Assembly (NCBI GenBank): GCA_045533905.1
Contig: JAZSIR010000001.1
Location: 32,001 to 96,000, forward strand
DNA length: 64,000 bases
Direction: 5' to 3'
Origin: Clostridia bacterium
GTDB lineage: Bacteria; Bacillota; Clostridia; UMGS1883; UMGS1540
This document shows, piece by piece, positions 38,196 through 48,375 of the stretch; position 1 is the stretch's first letter; the number at the start of each line of letters is the position of its first letter. The translations under genes were made by a program, and so were the position numbers. Under the pieces are notes generated by a model. It worked only from the letters and a program-made list of their open reading frames with translations, did not search any database and was not told where the DNA came from.

Positions 38196-39074
38196 ATGAA
38201 AGAGATACGGCTTTGCGAGGCATGTATGCATTGCCTGATTAAAAAATTTACCAAAGCATATCCGGATAGCATAGACGAGCGCACAAAGCTTTCGTATATA
38301 CAGGGCGTACTCGCTTGTATCGCACGCGCCGATGTAGAAATGAGCGCGCCGGAGATTGTGCCGGAAATAGAAAAAGTCTGGGAAAAGCATTTTGGGCCGC
38401 AAAAGGAATTTGCAGAAATCAAGCGGCACTTTAATCTTTTGCTTCTCTCTATGGAAGATGCGCTTTGGAAGAAGATTTCCGAAAGTGACCGGCCCCTTCT
38501 CTCAGCTCTCCAGTATGCGATGATGGGCAATTACATTGATTTCGGCGCTGTGGAAAACGTAACAGAAGAAGCCCTTCTGGGCTTTATGGAAGACGCGGAA
38601 AACATCGTGCCGGACAAGGCTGTTTTTGAAATGCTTTTGCACGATTTGGAAAATGGGAAAAAGCTTATTTATCTTACGGATAACTGCGGCGAAATTGTAC
38701 TTGACAAGCTTTTTCTCCGCACCATTGTAGAGATATATCCGCATCTGGATGTAAAAGCGATTGTGCGCGGCTTCCCTGTTCTCAATGATGCCACGATGGA
38801 AGATGCCGAAATGATAGGTCTTTCGGATGTGGTGCCCGTTTTAGATAACGGCTCCCCCATTGCCGGCACGTGCCTCGGGAAAATTTCGAAAGAAGCGGAG
38901 AACGAGATTGAAGGTGCCGATATTATCCTTGCAAAGGGGCAGGGAAATTTCGAAACGCTTCTCCACTCGGGCAAAAATATATATTATATTTTTATGTGCA
39001 AATGTCTTTTGTTTGCCGAGAGATTTGGTGTGCCACAATATACGGGTATGCTCAAAAATGAGCGTCTTTTGTAA
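38196..39074 (+). CDS. DUF89/ARMT1-like damage-control phosphatase
   Basis: GNYIDFG, DNCGEIVLD, NDAT, KGQGNFETL. Confidence 0.9.
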   Translation: MKEIRLCEACMHCLIKKFTKAYPDSIDERTKLSYIQGVLACIARADVEMSAPEIVPEIEKVWEKHFGPQKEFAEIKRHFNLLLLSMEDALWKKISESDRPLLSALQYAMMGNYIDFGAVENVTEEALLGFMEDAENIVPDKAVFEMLLHDLENGKKLIYLTDNCGEIVLDKLFLRTIVEIYPHLDVKAIVRGFPVLNDATMEDAEMIGLSDVVPVLDNGSPIAGTCLGKISKEAENEIEGADIILAKGQGNFETLLHSGKNIYYIFMCKCLLFAERFGVPQYTGMLKNERLL

Positions 39075-39088
39075 AAGGAGATGACGAT

Positions 39089-40021
39089 ATGCAGGAATAT
39101 ACTTGTGATGTTCTGATTTTAGGCGGCGGGCCTGCTGGGTATACAGCTGCGCTCTATGCTGCAAGAGCCGGCCTTTCGGCCATCGTTGTGGAAAAAATGG
39201 CTGCCGGCGGGCAGATGGCCATCACGCCCGAAATTGATAACTATCCCGGATTTGATGCGGGTATTTCCGGTTTTGAGCTCGGTATGCAGATGCAAAAAGG
39301 TGCCGAGCGGTTTGGTGCGCGCACGGTGCAGGGCGAGGTTCTTTCAATAGAACTTGAAAGCACTTTGAAGGTTGCCGAAACACGCACAGCCCGTTTTGAA
39401 TCCAAAAGCGTAATTCTCGCCACGGGCGCAAGTCCCCGAAAGCTCGGCCTGCCGAATGAAGAAGCTCTTATCGGGCGTGGCGTGAGCTACTGCGCAAATT
39501 GCGATGGGATGTTCTACCGCGACAAAACCGTTGTGATTGTAGGCGGCGGCAACACCGCAGCAGAGGATGCGCTCCTCCTTTCTAAAATTTGCAAAAAGGT
39601 CATCCTTGTGCACAGACGTGACACGCTCCGTGCTTCCAAAATTTACAAAGCAGCGCTTGCAAAAGCGGAGAATGTAGAATTTTTCTGGAACAGCACCGTT
39701 TACGAAATCCTTGCAGAAGAGAGAGTCTCTGGCGTGGCGGTAGAAAGCACCGAGACAGGCAAAAAGACCAAAATCGATTGTGACGGCATCTTCATTTCCA
39801 TCGGCCGTGTGCCCGACACCGCACTGGTTTCCGAAAAAGTTACACTGGATGCGGGCGGCTATATCGTTTCGGACGAAAGCACGAAAACAAACATTCCGGG
39901 CGTATTTGCTGCCGGCGATGTCCGCACCAAAGCGCTTCGGCAGATTGTGACAGCGGCCGCCGACGGCGCCGTGGCCGCACACTTTGCCGAGGAATATATC
40001 GCAGAAAAATTTCAAAATTAA
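39089..40021 (+). CDS. trxB: Thioredoxin reductase
   Basis: GGGPAG, GVSYCANCDG, GGGNTA, GVFAAGD. Confidence 0.95.
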   Translation: MQEYTCDVLILGGGPAGYTAALYAARAGLSAIVVEKMAAGGQMAITPEIDNYPGFDAGISGFELGMQMQKGAERFGARTVQGEVLSIELESTLKVAETRTARFESKSVILATGASPRKLGLPNEEALIGRGVSYCANCDGMFYRDKTVVIVGGGNTAAEDALLLSKICKKVILVHRRDTLRASKIYKAALAKAENVEFFWNSTVYEILAEERVSGVAVESTETGKKTKIDCDGIFISIGRVPDTALVSEKVTLDAGGYIVSDESTKTNIPGVFAAGDVRTKALRQIVTAAADGAVAAHFAEEYIAEKFQN

Positions 40022-40065
40022 CAAAGGAGCAAGCCACAAGGCTTGCTCCTTTCGTATACTCTTCT

Positions 40066-40260
40066 TTATTGAAGCTCCGGTTTCCCGGGCATTACGATGG
40101 CTGCTATGATATAGGCAAGAATGCCGCTTCCGCCGAGGAGTGTAAAAGCTACCCATGCAAGACGGATGACGGTGGGATCCATGTCAAAATACTCTGCAAT
40201 GCCGCCGCATACGCCGGAAAGCTTCTTTTCCGTACTCGATTTATAAATTCTCTTTTTCAT
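40066..40260 (-). CDS. PspC domain protein
   Basis: KKLSGVCGGIAEYFDMDPTVIR. Confidence 0.93.
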   Translation of the reverse strand: MKKRIYKSSTEKKLSGVCGGIAEYFDMDPTVIRLAWVAFTLLGGSGILAYIIAAIVMPGKPELQ

Positions 40261-40676
40261 ATATTTTCTCCTTTCTGCAGGGTGTTTTCCTGGTTTCTGT
40301 ACATAACAAACTTGGAAAACAAAAATTCCAGAATAAAATTAGAAAGCATTGTGACCGCCAGAATCAGATATTCAGGGATGCCTGCCACATCTGCAAGATG
40401 CCCGAGATAGGTAGACAGCGGCGTAAAGACGGCATAGAAGCCGAAAAGCTTTGCCATCGCCACCGGCACATTGGCAGCCGACTGGAAGGTATACCGCCTG
40501 TTAAACGTAAAGTTCCAGAGGATGGACAAAAGCAACGAGACAAGATACGCCGGCCAATACGGCCAGGAAAGCACGGCATCAAACACCGCAAAGGATACGA
40601 CCTGCACAATGCCTGCAGATATGGAAAACAATGTGAATTTCACCATCTGCACAACGGTATTCTTTTGCATTTTCAT
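40257..40676 (-). CDS. GtrA family membrane protein
   Basis: WNFTFNRRYTF, four TM segments. Confidence 0.88.
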   Translation of the reverse strand: MKMQKNTVVQMVKFTLFSISAGIVQVVSFAVFDAVLSWPYWPAYLVSLLLSILWNFTFNRRYTFQSAANVPVAMAKLFGFYAVFTPLSTYLGHLADVAGIPEYLILAVTMLSNFILEFLFSKFVMYRNQENTLQKGENI

Positions 40677-40869
40677 CCCCCACTTTCACTTTTAGTATAG
40701 CATATGCTGCCGAAAGAGTCAATAACAAAAGAATAAGGGGATGTAAAAATACTCCAGACCGCAAAAGGCAGAAACAAAGCCAAACAGAAGAGCTTATAGC
40801 TTGGTAAAACACTGAAAATTTTATATACGTTGAAAAATATCGTAATTCGGCACTATTTTTCTCTTATGA

Positions 40870-41060
40870 AATGCTTACTTCACCGCTCGCAGGCGTCGCA
40901 AATCTCACTTTTGGGCCGTTCGCTGTCGCAGAGCGTCCCTTTTCGCTCGCTTGCTCCTTTTCCCCTTAAAGTCTTACGACTTACGGGGTCCCTTTATGTA
41001 CAGCTTCGGGCATATGCAAACCGAGCTTTGCCTCGGTTTGCATTCAGTTTGCTGCTTCTG
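40870..41060. repeat. GC-rich multi-hairpin intergenic element (REP-like or structured RNA)
   Basis: Perfect 12-bp stem ATGCAAACCGAG/CTCGGTTTGCAT (41014-41043); imperfect CCCC-TTAAAGTC-TTAC-GACTTAC-GGGG hairpin. Confidence 0.45.
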
Positions 41061-41080
41061 AAATATTTTTCATATCTCCA

Positions 41081-41130
41081 AAAAGGGGAGTAAAAAATCC
41101 AGTTGGATTTTTTACTCCCCCCCCTTTTCG
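41081..41130 (-). terminator. Terminator after fucI
   Basis: GGGGAGTAAAAAATCCA-GT-TGGATTTTTTACTCCCC. Confidence 0.75.
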
Positions 41131-41134
41131 TTTT

Positions 41135-42940
41135 TTACTTCCGTGTATCCCTAAAGAGCGGGCCATATGCCTCGCAGGCTCTGTAATCCGCGCCTTCCTT
41201 ATCCATCCCAAAGGCGTTCCACGCGGAGGGTCTGAATATCTTTTCCTCCGGTACATTGTGCATACATACAGGGATGCGGAGCATAGAGGCGAGCGTGATA
41301 AGGTCCGCACCCACGTGACCGTAGGAAATGGCACCGTGATTTGCGCCCCAATTATTCATCACATCGTAGGCCGTTTTGAATGCACCATCGCCTTCGCAGC
41401 GCGGGGCAAACCACGTGCACGGCCACGTGTAGTCCGTGCGCTTCCAAAGCGTATCCGATACTTCTTCGGGGAGCTCTATCGTCCATCCTTCGGCAATCTG
41501 CAAAACGGGGCCAAGACCTTTCACGAGGTTTAAGCGTATCATTGTTGCCGGCATTTCGGCTCTTGTTTCAAAGCGGGACGAATATCCGCCGCCTCTGAAA
41601 TAGCCTACATCTGCATAGTTCCAGGTAGAATTGGCAAGGATGGCCTTCTGGTCTTCTTCCGTAATCTCGTACCAGGGCTTCATCACGGGATTCCCGTTTG
41701 CATCCTTTGCCGCGCCGACAGCATCGAGGCAGCAGGCGCCGGAATTGATAAGATGAATAAATCCGTCCGCGTCTTTTGCCTTTCCTTCGATGGAATAGCC
41801 CGTGGCTCTCTTTACGGCATCGCCGCTCCAGTAGGTACGGACGTCCGCAAACATCTGGGCGCGGTTTGTAAGAAGCTTTAAGAACAGCATACCAATGCCG
41901 TTTAAGACATCATTTTCCGTAGCGAGGATATACGGTTCTCTTGCGCCGTCCCAGTCAAAGGAGGTATTGAGCATCGCTTCGGGGAAATCGCAGTTCGGGT
42001 AGAAATCTGTCCACTGTCTCTGCCCCTGGAAGCCTGCCGCAATGGCGTTATGCCCCACCCTTTCCTCCTCGCAGCCTTTCGGGAGGTTCGGGTTGCCGCT
42101 CATAAGGTCTTTGATAATGACCATCATTTTAACAACAAATTCCCAGTCACGATCCTTTTCCTCACGTGTTTTCTGGAGGTGTTCGGGGTTTTTATCAAAG
42201 CCTTCTATACAGTTGGCGCGTGTCCACGCGAGGGCTCTTTTATATTCTTCCTCATCATAGATCCCTTCTGTCATACGGCGGATGATTTCCACCTCGTCCA
42301 CCGATTCCACGCGCATACCGAGGTATTCTTCAATAAATTCAGGGCTGATAATGGAGCCGCCGATACCCATACAAATCGAGCCAATCTGGAGGTACGACTT
42401 ACCGCGCATCGTTGCCGCAGCGACCGCCGCGCGTGCAAAACGCAAAAGCTTTTCCTTAACATCCTCGGGAATCCGGTTATCATTGGCTTCACAGACATCG
42501 CGGCCGTAAATGCCAAAGGCCGGAAGGCCTTTCTGGGCGTGTGTGGCCAAAACGGAGGCCAGATATACTGCGCCCGGGCGTTCTGTGCCGTTAAAGCCCC
42601 ATACGGCCTTAATGGTGTTTTTATCCATATCCATCGTTTCCGCGCCGTAGCACCAGCAAGGTGTAACGGTTATCGTGATATCCACGCCCTCTTTGCGGAA
42701 TTTTTCAGCACATGCCGCCGCTTCTGCCACGCGGCCGATTGTGGTATCTGCAATAATTACTTTGACGGGTGTACCGTCCGAATACCGGATGTTTTCGCGA
42801 AGCAGCTGCGCTGCGCTTTCTGCCATCTGCATCGTCTGCCCCTCAAGGGATTCGCGAACGCCCAAAACGCCGCGTCTGCCGTCAATTGTGGGACGGATGC
42901 CGATTACGGGGTACTCCCCTATATATCTTTTTCTTGCCAT
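41135..42940 (-). CDS. fucI: L-fucose isomerase
   Basis: [39 protein letters not shown]. Confidence 0.96.
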   Translation of the reverse strand: MARKRYIGEYPVIGIRPTIDGRRGVLGVRESLEGQTMQMAESAAQLLRENIRYSDGTPVKVIIADTTIGRVAEAAACAEKFRKEGVDITITVTPCWCYGAETMDMDKNTIKAVWGFNGTERPGAVYLASVLATHAQKGLPAFGIYGRDVCEANDNRIPEDVKEKLLRFARAAVAAATMRGKSYLQIGSICMGIGGSIISPEFIEEYLGMRVESVDEVEIIRRMTEGIYDEEEYKRALAWTRANCIEGFDKNPEHLQKTREEKDRDWEFVVKMMVIIKDLMSGNPNLPKGCEEERVGHNAIAAGFQGQRQWTDFYPNCDFPEAMLNTSFDWDGAREPYILATENDVLNGIGMLFLKLLTNRAQMFADVRTYWSGDAVKRATGYSIEGKAKDADGFIHLINSGACCLDAVGAAKDANGNPVMKPWYEITEEDQKAILANSTWNYADVGYFRGGGYSSRFETRAEMPATMIRLNLVKGLGPVLQIAEGWTIELPEEVSDTLWKRTDYTWPCTWFAPRCEGDGAFKTAYDVMNNWGANHGAISYGHVGADLITLASMLRIPVCMHNVPEEKIFRPSAWNAFGMDKEGADYRACEAYGPLFRDTRK

Positions 42941-43050
42941 AGAATACGCCTCCTTTTGTTTTCTTTAACTATAAGTATATACTTGACTTTTCTCTTTTTC
43001 TTGTATTATAATGATAAAAAGTATAATTATTTTTAGAACGGAGGGTGTGT

Positions 43051-43893
43051 ATGGCTTATAACGAAATTGAAAGGCGCGGCACGGAAGATTTTCCCTTTGC
43101 CTTTTTCCATGTGGACGAAACGGCGCCGCGGTATGTAATGGCAGCCCACTGGCATGGCGAGCTTGAGCTCATCCGCGTTCTGGGAGGGGAGTTCCGCGTT
43201 ATACTCGGGCAGGACGCCTACACCTTAAAAAAAGGCGACTTTCTCTTTATAAACAGCGAAATCGTGCATCAGGGAACGCCTTCGGACTGCATATATGAAT
43301 GCATTGTATTCCACGCCGATTTTCTGTACAATCCTGCCTTTGACAGCCACGGTTTTCTCAAAAGCCTTCTGGACGGCGAATGTGTGCTGCATCCGTTTTA
43401 CCCTGCCGGCGAAAGCCCCCTGCATATGGCGTTAGATTCGATTTTTGACGCAACGGCAGAAGATACACGTGCACGGAAATTCCGCGTAATTGCCGCCTTT
43501 TACCACTTTTTCGGACTGGCGTTTGAAGCGGGATGTGTTATGCGTACAATCGGAAACGATACATTTTCCGAGAATCCGAATATGCGGGCTCTTAAAGAAG
43601 GCCTCGCTTTTCTTCGCCGGAATTATGATAAGCCGGTCACGCTTTCGGAGCTTTCCGCTGTGATGCATAAATCGCCGGGATACGCGGGCAGTTTTTTCAA
43701 AAATATGACCGGTAAAACGCCAATGGAATATCTCGTTTCCTACCGCATTGAAAAGGCCGGTCACAAGCTCCGGCACACGGACCTTTCGGTGACGGAAATT
43801 GCATTTTCCTCCGGGTTTTCGGATCTGAGTTATTTTATCAAGACGTTCAAAAAGCATATGGGCGTATCGCCCGGGAAATACCGGAAGCAATAA
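43051..43893 (+). CDS. AraC family regulator
   Basis: Cupin HWH; C-terminal SVTEIAFSSGFSDLSYFIKTFKK. Confidence 0.93.
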   Translation: MAYNEIERRGTEDFPFAFFHVDETAPRYVMAAHWHGELELIRVLGGEFRVILGQDAYTLKKGDFLFINSEIVHQGTPSDCIYECIVFHADFLYNPAFDSHGFLKSLLDGECVLHPFYPAGESPLHMALDSIFDATAEDTRARKFRVIAAFYHFFGLAFEAGCVMRTIGNDTFSENPNMRALKEGLAFLRRNYDKPVTLSELSAVMHKSPGYAGSFFKNMTGKTPMEYLVSYRIEKAGHKLRHTDLSVTEIAFSSGFSDLSYFIKTFKKHMGVSPGKYRKQ

Positions 43894-43948
43894 ATGCGGC
43901 TTTTGGCATTTCTGTGCAGTCTGTGCGCGGAAAACCTTTGCTTTGTCC

Positions 43949-43977
43949 TTGACACTGCCTCTTTTTTATGATATCAT
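43949..43977 (+). promoter_or_regulatory. sigma-A promoter of the SDR-PHP operon
   Basis: TTGACA, 17-bp spacer, TG-a-TATCAT. Confidence 0.65.
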
Positions 43978-44029
43978 TTTGAGAGTGACAAAAAATGGTT
44001 TTTTGGAAAAATATAAGGAGAGTGTACGT

Positions 44030-44902
44030 ATGAATTTACAAGAAGCAAAGGCATATGCTGCCAAAAATATCGGAAACCGCCCCTTGGCGGAAGGCCGCCT
44101 CGGCGGAAAGATTGCCATCGTAACCGGCGGCGCACAGGGTTTTGGCTTTGGCATTGCGGAACATATGTACCGCGAAGGTGCGGCCGTAGTTCTCGCGGAT
44201 ATCAATGAAGATCTTGCCAAAACAGCGGCAGCTTCTCTCGGCGAACGCGCTGTGGGCATCCGTGCCGATGTCTCGAACCCCGAATCCGTAGAAAACCTGA
44301 TGATTCAGACGGTTGAACATTTCGGCGGTCTGGACATTCTGGTTGCCAATGCAGGCGTTGTAAAGGCAGGCAGCCTTGAAGAGCTCACACCCGAGCAGTT
44401 TGAATTTGTAACAAAGGTAAACTATGCAGGCTATTTTTACTGTGTAAAATACGCCTCTGAAATTATGAAGGCACAGCATGAGGCCGCACCGGAAAAATGG
44501 TTTGATATCGTGCAGATCAACTCCAAATCCGGTCTCACGGGTTCCAAAAACAATTTTGCCTATGCAGGCGGCAAGTTCGGCGGCATCGGTCTTACCCAGA
44601 GCTTTGCGCTTGAGCTTGTGGAATATCAGATTAAGGTTAACGCCATCTGCCCCGGGAACTTCTATGACGGTCCCCTTTGGTCCGACCCCGAAAAAGGTCT
44701 TTTTGTGCAGTATCTTGCTGCAGGCAAGGTACCCGGCGCAAAAACAGTGGAGGATGTAAAGAACTTCTACCTGTCCAAGTCCCCCATCCGCCGCGGCTGT
44801 ACGCCTCTCGATGTAGCAAAAGCGCTTTTCTACTGCGTGGAACAGTGCTACGAAACCGGGCAGGCACTCCCCGTTACCGGCGGGCAGACAATGCTGAAAT
44901 AG
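44030..44902 (+). CDS. SDR oxidoreductase, sorbitol-6-phosphate dehydrogenase (SrlD)-like
   Basis: TGGAQGFG, INSKSG...KNNFAYAGGKFGGIGLTQSFALEL. Confidence 0.85.
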   Translation: MNLQEAKAYAAKNIGNRPLAEGRLGGKIAIVTGGAQGFGFGIAEHMYREGAAVVLADINEDLAKTAAASLGERAVGIRADVSNPESVENLMIQTVEHFGGLDILVANAGVVKAGSLEELTPEQFEFVTKVNYAGYFYCVKYASEIMKAQHEAAPEKWFDIVQINSKSGLTGSKNNFAYAGGKFGGIGLTQSFALELVEYQIKVNAICPGNFYDGPLWSDPEKGLFVQYLAAGKVPGAKTVEDVKNFYLSKSPIRRGCTPLDVAKALFYCVEQCYETGQALPVTGGQTMLK

Positions 44903-44914
44903 GAGAAAAACACT

Positions 44915-46093
44915 ATGAGTATGTATGTAGAACTGCAGGAAAAAATAGCACTTCTGAATGCGCCGACGAAGGAAGAACGCCTCGGCAACCTGGAAAAGCT
45001 TCTGGCAGAAGAGACGGAAAAACCGGTCGTACGTCCGCAGTATGCGAACAATCACATTCACACCATCTTTTCCTTCTCCCCCTACTCCCCCACGGCGGCC
45101 GTATATATGGCAAGGGCTGAAGGCCTCCAGACGGCAGGCATTATGGACCACGACAGTATCGCAGGTGCAGAAGAATTCCGGGCAGCCGGTAAAATCGCCG
45201 GCATCGGCACCACGTGCGGCATGGAATGCCGTGTAGACTTTTTCGAAACGACTCTCGCCGGAAAACGTCTTAACAACCCTGACCAGGAAGGCATTGCCTA
45301 TATGGCCATCCACAGCGTACCGGCCACCGGTTTTGACCGGTTGCAGAAAGCGTTTCAGCCTCTTCTTGAAAAAAGAAACGAGCGAAACCGCAAAATGCTC
45401 GCCAATATCAACGCCTTAATGGCTCCTTACGGCATTTGTCTTGACTTTGAGAAGGACATTGTGCCCATTTCGCAGTATACGGCGGGCGGCTCGATTACAG
45501 AGCGCCATCTTCTCTATGCGCTGAGCCTTAAGATTCTCGAGATCTGCGGCATCGAAAACTGTGTGGATTTTGTAGAAAACAAGCTGGGTATCAAGCTTTC
45601 CGAAAAGCAGACCGCGTGCCTCGGCGACCCCAAAAACCCGCACCTTTCCTACGACCTTTTAGGTGTTCTGAAGGCGCAGCTTGTAGAAAAGATTTATATT
45701 CCCGCTTCTGCGGAATGTATGACACTTCGCGAGGCGGTAAAGCTTGCGGACGAGGTTGGGGCCATTTTGTGCTACGCTTATCTCGGCGATGTTACGGATT
45801 CCGTAACCGGCGATAAAAAGGCCGCCAAATTTGAGGACGACTTCCTTGACGATCTTTTCCGTGTTCTGCAAAGTGAAGGCGTAAAAGGCATCACCTATAT
45901 GCCGGCCCGAAACACAAGTGCGCAGATCAAGAGGCTGCAGGGTCTTTGCAAAGAATTCGGTATGACAGAAATTTCCGGTGAGGATGTAAACTCCTCCCGT
46001 CAGAGTATGATTTGCAAACAGCTGGAGCTTCCCGAGTTTTCCCACCTTGTGGATATGGCCTGGAAGCTTGTAGAAAGAGAAGCCAAATTTTAA
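44915..46093 (+). CDS. PHP domain phosphoesterase-like protein
   Basis: NNHIHT, GIMDHDS, GMEC, SGEDVNS. Confidence 0.85.
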   Translation: MSMYVELQEKIALLNAPTKEERLGNLEKLLAEETEKPVVRPQYANNHIHTIFSFSPYSPTAAVYMARAEGLQTAGIMDHDSIAGAEEFRAAGKIAGIGTTCGMECRVDFFETTLAGKRLNNPDQEGIAYMAIHSVPATGFDRLQKAFQPLLEKRNERNRKMLANINALMAPYGICLDFEKDIVPISQYTAGGSITERHLLYALSLKILEICGIENCVDFVENKLGIKLSEKQTACLGDPKNPHLSYDLLGVLKAQLVEKIYIPASAECMTLREAVKLADEVGAILCYAYLGDVTDSVTGDKKAAKFEDDFLDDLFRVLQSEGVKGITYMPARNTSAQIKRLQGLCKEFGMTEISGEDVNSSRQSMICKQLELPEFSHLVDMAWKLVEREAKF

Positions 46094-46134
46094 TCGAACA
46101 TAGAGTAAGAGCTGTGTTCTTAAGGATGTTTTGA

Positions 46135-46172
46135 ATAATAGGGTTACAGAAAATTTTCTGTAACCCTATTAT
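46135..46172 (+). terminator. Terminator
   Basis: ATAATAGGGTTACAGAAAA/TTTTCTGTAACCCTATTAT palindrome followed by a T run. Confidence 0.75.
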
Positions 46173-46518
46173 TTTTGATTTCTGTACTCTGATACCGATT
46201 CTTTTTTGAATACACGACAAAAATACTGAACTGTCCAAAAACCACAACTACATATAATGATATAGAAAGAGCAGTAAAAAATTTGAAGAACTACGGATTG
46301 AATGCTGTTAAGGGAATGATTGAAGACTGAAATTTTCTCCGGAACTGTAACAAGCATAAAAAATGTGTACCATCTTCCGAATATGTAGGATGTCCTAAAA
46401 CCTTACTTATAAAAAATATTGCTGAATCACTAAAAAAGACTGAACGAAATAAATCGTTCAGTCTTTTAATACCGTCCCGAAGAACACTCCTCATAAGCTT
46501 TTATGGCTTTTTGTTTTG

Positions 46519-47451
46519 TTAAGCCATAGGCACGAGTGCCTCTTTCTGTACAGGAAGCGAAAAACGAAATGCAGAAGGCACAATTTCAAAGCGCGCCCTT
46601 TTTGCGGCCATAATTTCGCCGTCGATACAAAGGCGCATCGAGCCATCGAGGGGCGATACAAGAATTTCTTCACATTTTCCGGTCCATATGATAGCTCCAA
46701 TGTTCCGACGCGCAAGATGCGTGCCCTTCATATACGAGGGTAAAAGCGACAAAAACCTGCATCGGGAGATGTTTTTCACGATATTGATATCCATTTTACC
46801 GTCACATACGGATGCGAGAGGATTGCTTTTAATGCCGCCGCAGAAAGAGCCGTTTGCAACAGATGTGAGAAGGAGTTTGCCGCGGTGTCGCACAAAGCCG
46901 TCCGTTATAATTTCAAGGTTTGCGCCGCGCTTTAAGAACAGCATCGCAAAAATAGAAAGGAAATAGGCGACCGAACCTGAAATAAACGGCTTCTTTTTCA
47001 TCCGCGCCGTCATATCCGCCACATTGCAGTCAAAGCCGATATTGACCATATTGGCCGCATAGCGGACGACGGAGCCCGTCTCTGTTTCCACGGTGATTTT
47101 CACAGCGTCACACCGCACGCTTTCTCCATAGACGGAAAGGCTTCCGTCATAAAAGGATGCGCCTTCGAAATTACGGCAAAAATCATTGCCCGTGCCGACG
47201 GGGATAATGCCGATTTCCGCTTCGGTGCCAATGGCGCCATTGAGAACTTCGCCGAATGTGCCGTCACCACCGCAGGCGATGAACCGCGCGGTGCCTTTTG
47301 TCTCTATGTAGTTTCGGACGTATTCTGTGGCGTCGCCCTCTCTTTGTGTGATGTAAATCTCCGCTTCCCCGCAGCGTTTCCGTATCGTCTCAGCGAGAAG
47401 GGCGGCACCCCCCTGCCCTGCACACGGGTTGACAATAAAAATAGTTTTCAT
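46519..47451 (-). CDS. Diacylglycerol kinase (YegS/DgkB) family lipid kinase
   Basis: IVNPCAG, CGGDGT, PVGTGNDF, IDGE. Confidence 0.92.
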   Translation of the reverse strand: MKTIFIVNPCAGQGGAALLAETIRKRCGEAEIYITQREGDATEYVRNYIETKGTARFIACGGDGTFGEVLNGAIGTEAEIGIIPVGTGNDFCRNFEGASFYDGSLSVYGESVRCDAVKITVETETGSVVRYAANMVNIGFDCNVADMTARMKKKPFISGSVAYFLSIFAMLFLKRGANLEIITDGFVRHRGKLLLTSVANGSFCGGIKSNPLASVCDGKMDINIVKNISRCRFLSLLPSYMKGTHLARRNIGAIIWTGKCEEILVSPLDGSMRLCIDGEIMAAKRARFEIVPSAFRFSLPVQKEALVPMA

Positions 47452-47520
47452 TCTTTCTCTTCCCTATGCCGTTTTCTTTTGTATACCGAAAAGCCCCGCG
47501 CCTTTTGGCGCGGGACCGAC

Positions 47521-48204
47521 TTATCTATTGAGAATTAACTTTGTAAGTTCAACCGGGTCTACGATTTCGTTGCCTTTGTAGACGCGCATATTGCCGGATG
47601 CGATTTCGTCAATCAGAATAACCTCGTCATTGTTATAGCCGAATTCGAATTTGATATCCCAAAGGTCAAGGCCGATGGAACGAAGGTCATCTGCTACAAC
47701 CTTGGTGATTTTCAGTGTCTGTTCCTTCATGCTTTCAAACATTGCCGGAGACATAACGCCAAGTGCGGCGAGGCCTTCGCCTGTTACAAGCGGATCGCCT
47801 TTTGCATCGTTTTTGAAGGTACATTCTACATAGCCACCCTCGAGCACGGTGCCATCTTCAATATATTCGCCGTATCTGCGGATGAAGCTGCCAGTTGCCA
47901 CAAGGCGGCAGATAACTTCAAGACCATGACCGAATACCTTGCCCGGAAGAACTTCCATCGTAGCATTTTCGATATCCGCACTTACATAATGTGTTTTAAT
48001 GCCGGCCTTCTTCAGAAGGTCGAAATAATAAACGGATGTTTTGAGGTTTTCCTTGCCGATACCTTCAATAGTAAGACCAACGCTGTTCTCGCCCGGGTCA
48101 AACTTGCCGTCTTTGCCGGTGCAGTCATCTTTGAACTTCAGAAGAACGTTGCCGTTTTCAAGGTTGTAAACATCCTTTGTTTTTCCTGTGTAAACCAATT
48201 CCAT
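47521..48204 (-). CDS. purC: SAICAR synthetase
   Basis: GKTKDVY, EVICR..ATGSF, DIKFEFG, LIDEI. Confidence 0.9.
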   Translation of the reverse strand: MELVYTGKTKDVYNLENGNVLLKFKDDCTGKDGKFDPGENSVGLTIEGIGKENLKTSVYYFDLLKKAGIKTHYVSADIENATMEVLPGKVFGHGLEVICRLVATGSFIRRYGEYIEDGTVLEGGYVECTFKNDAKGDPLVTGEGLAALGVMSPAMFESMKEQTLKITKVVADDLRSIGLDLWDIKFEFGYNNDEVILIDEIASGNMRVYKGNEIVDPVELTKLILNR

Positions 48205-48375
48205 TGTACATTCCCCTATTCTTTCAGAATTTTCATACTATTTATTTTAGCACAAAAAATCTGTTTTGTCTCTATTTTTTTGAAATTTTTCCGATTTTTA
48301 TTTTCCTCTTCGGAATTTGCCCTCAAAAAAGGTCTGTTACCTAAAAACAGACCTTTTTTCGGGAACTATATTTTC

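Noticed and set aside
46175-46500. Gene in the AT-rich interval (ORF 46291-46494)
   Set aside because: No recognisable motif, and the interval sits between two terminator hairpins; at most a decayed fragment.
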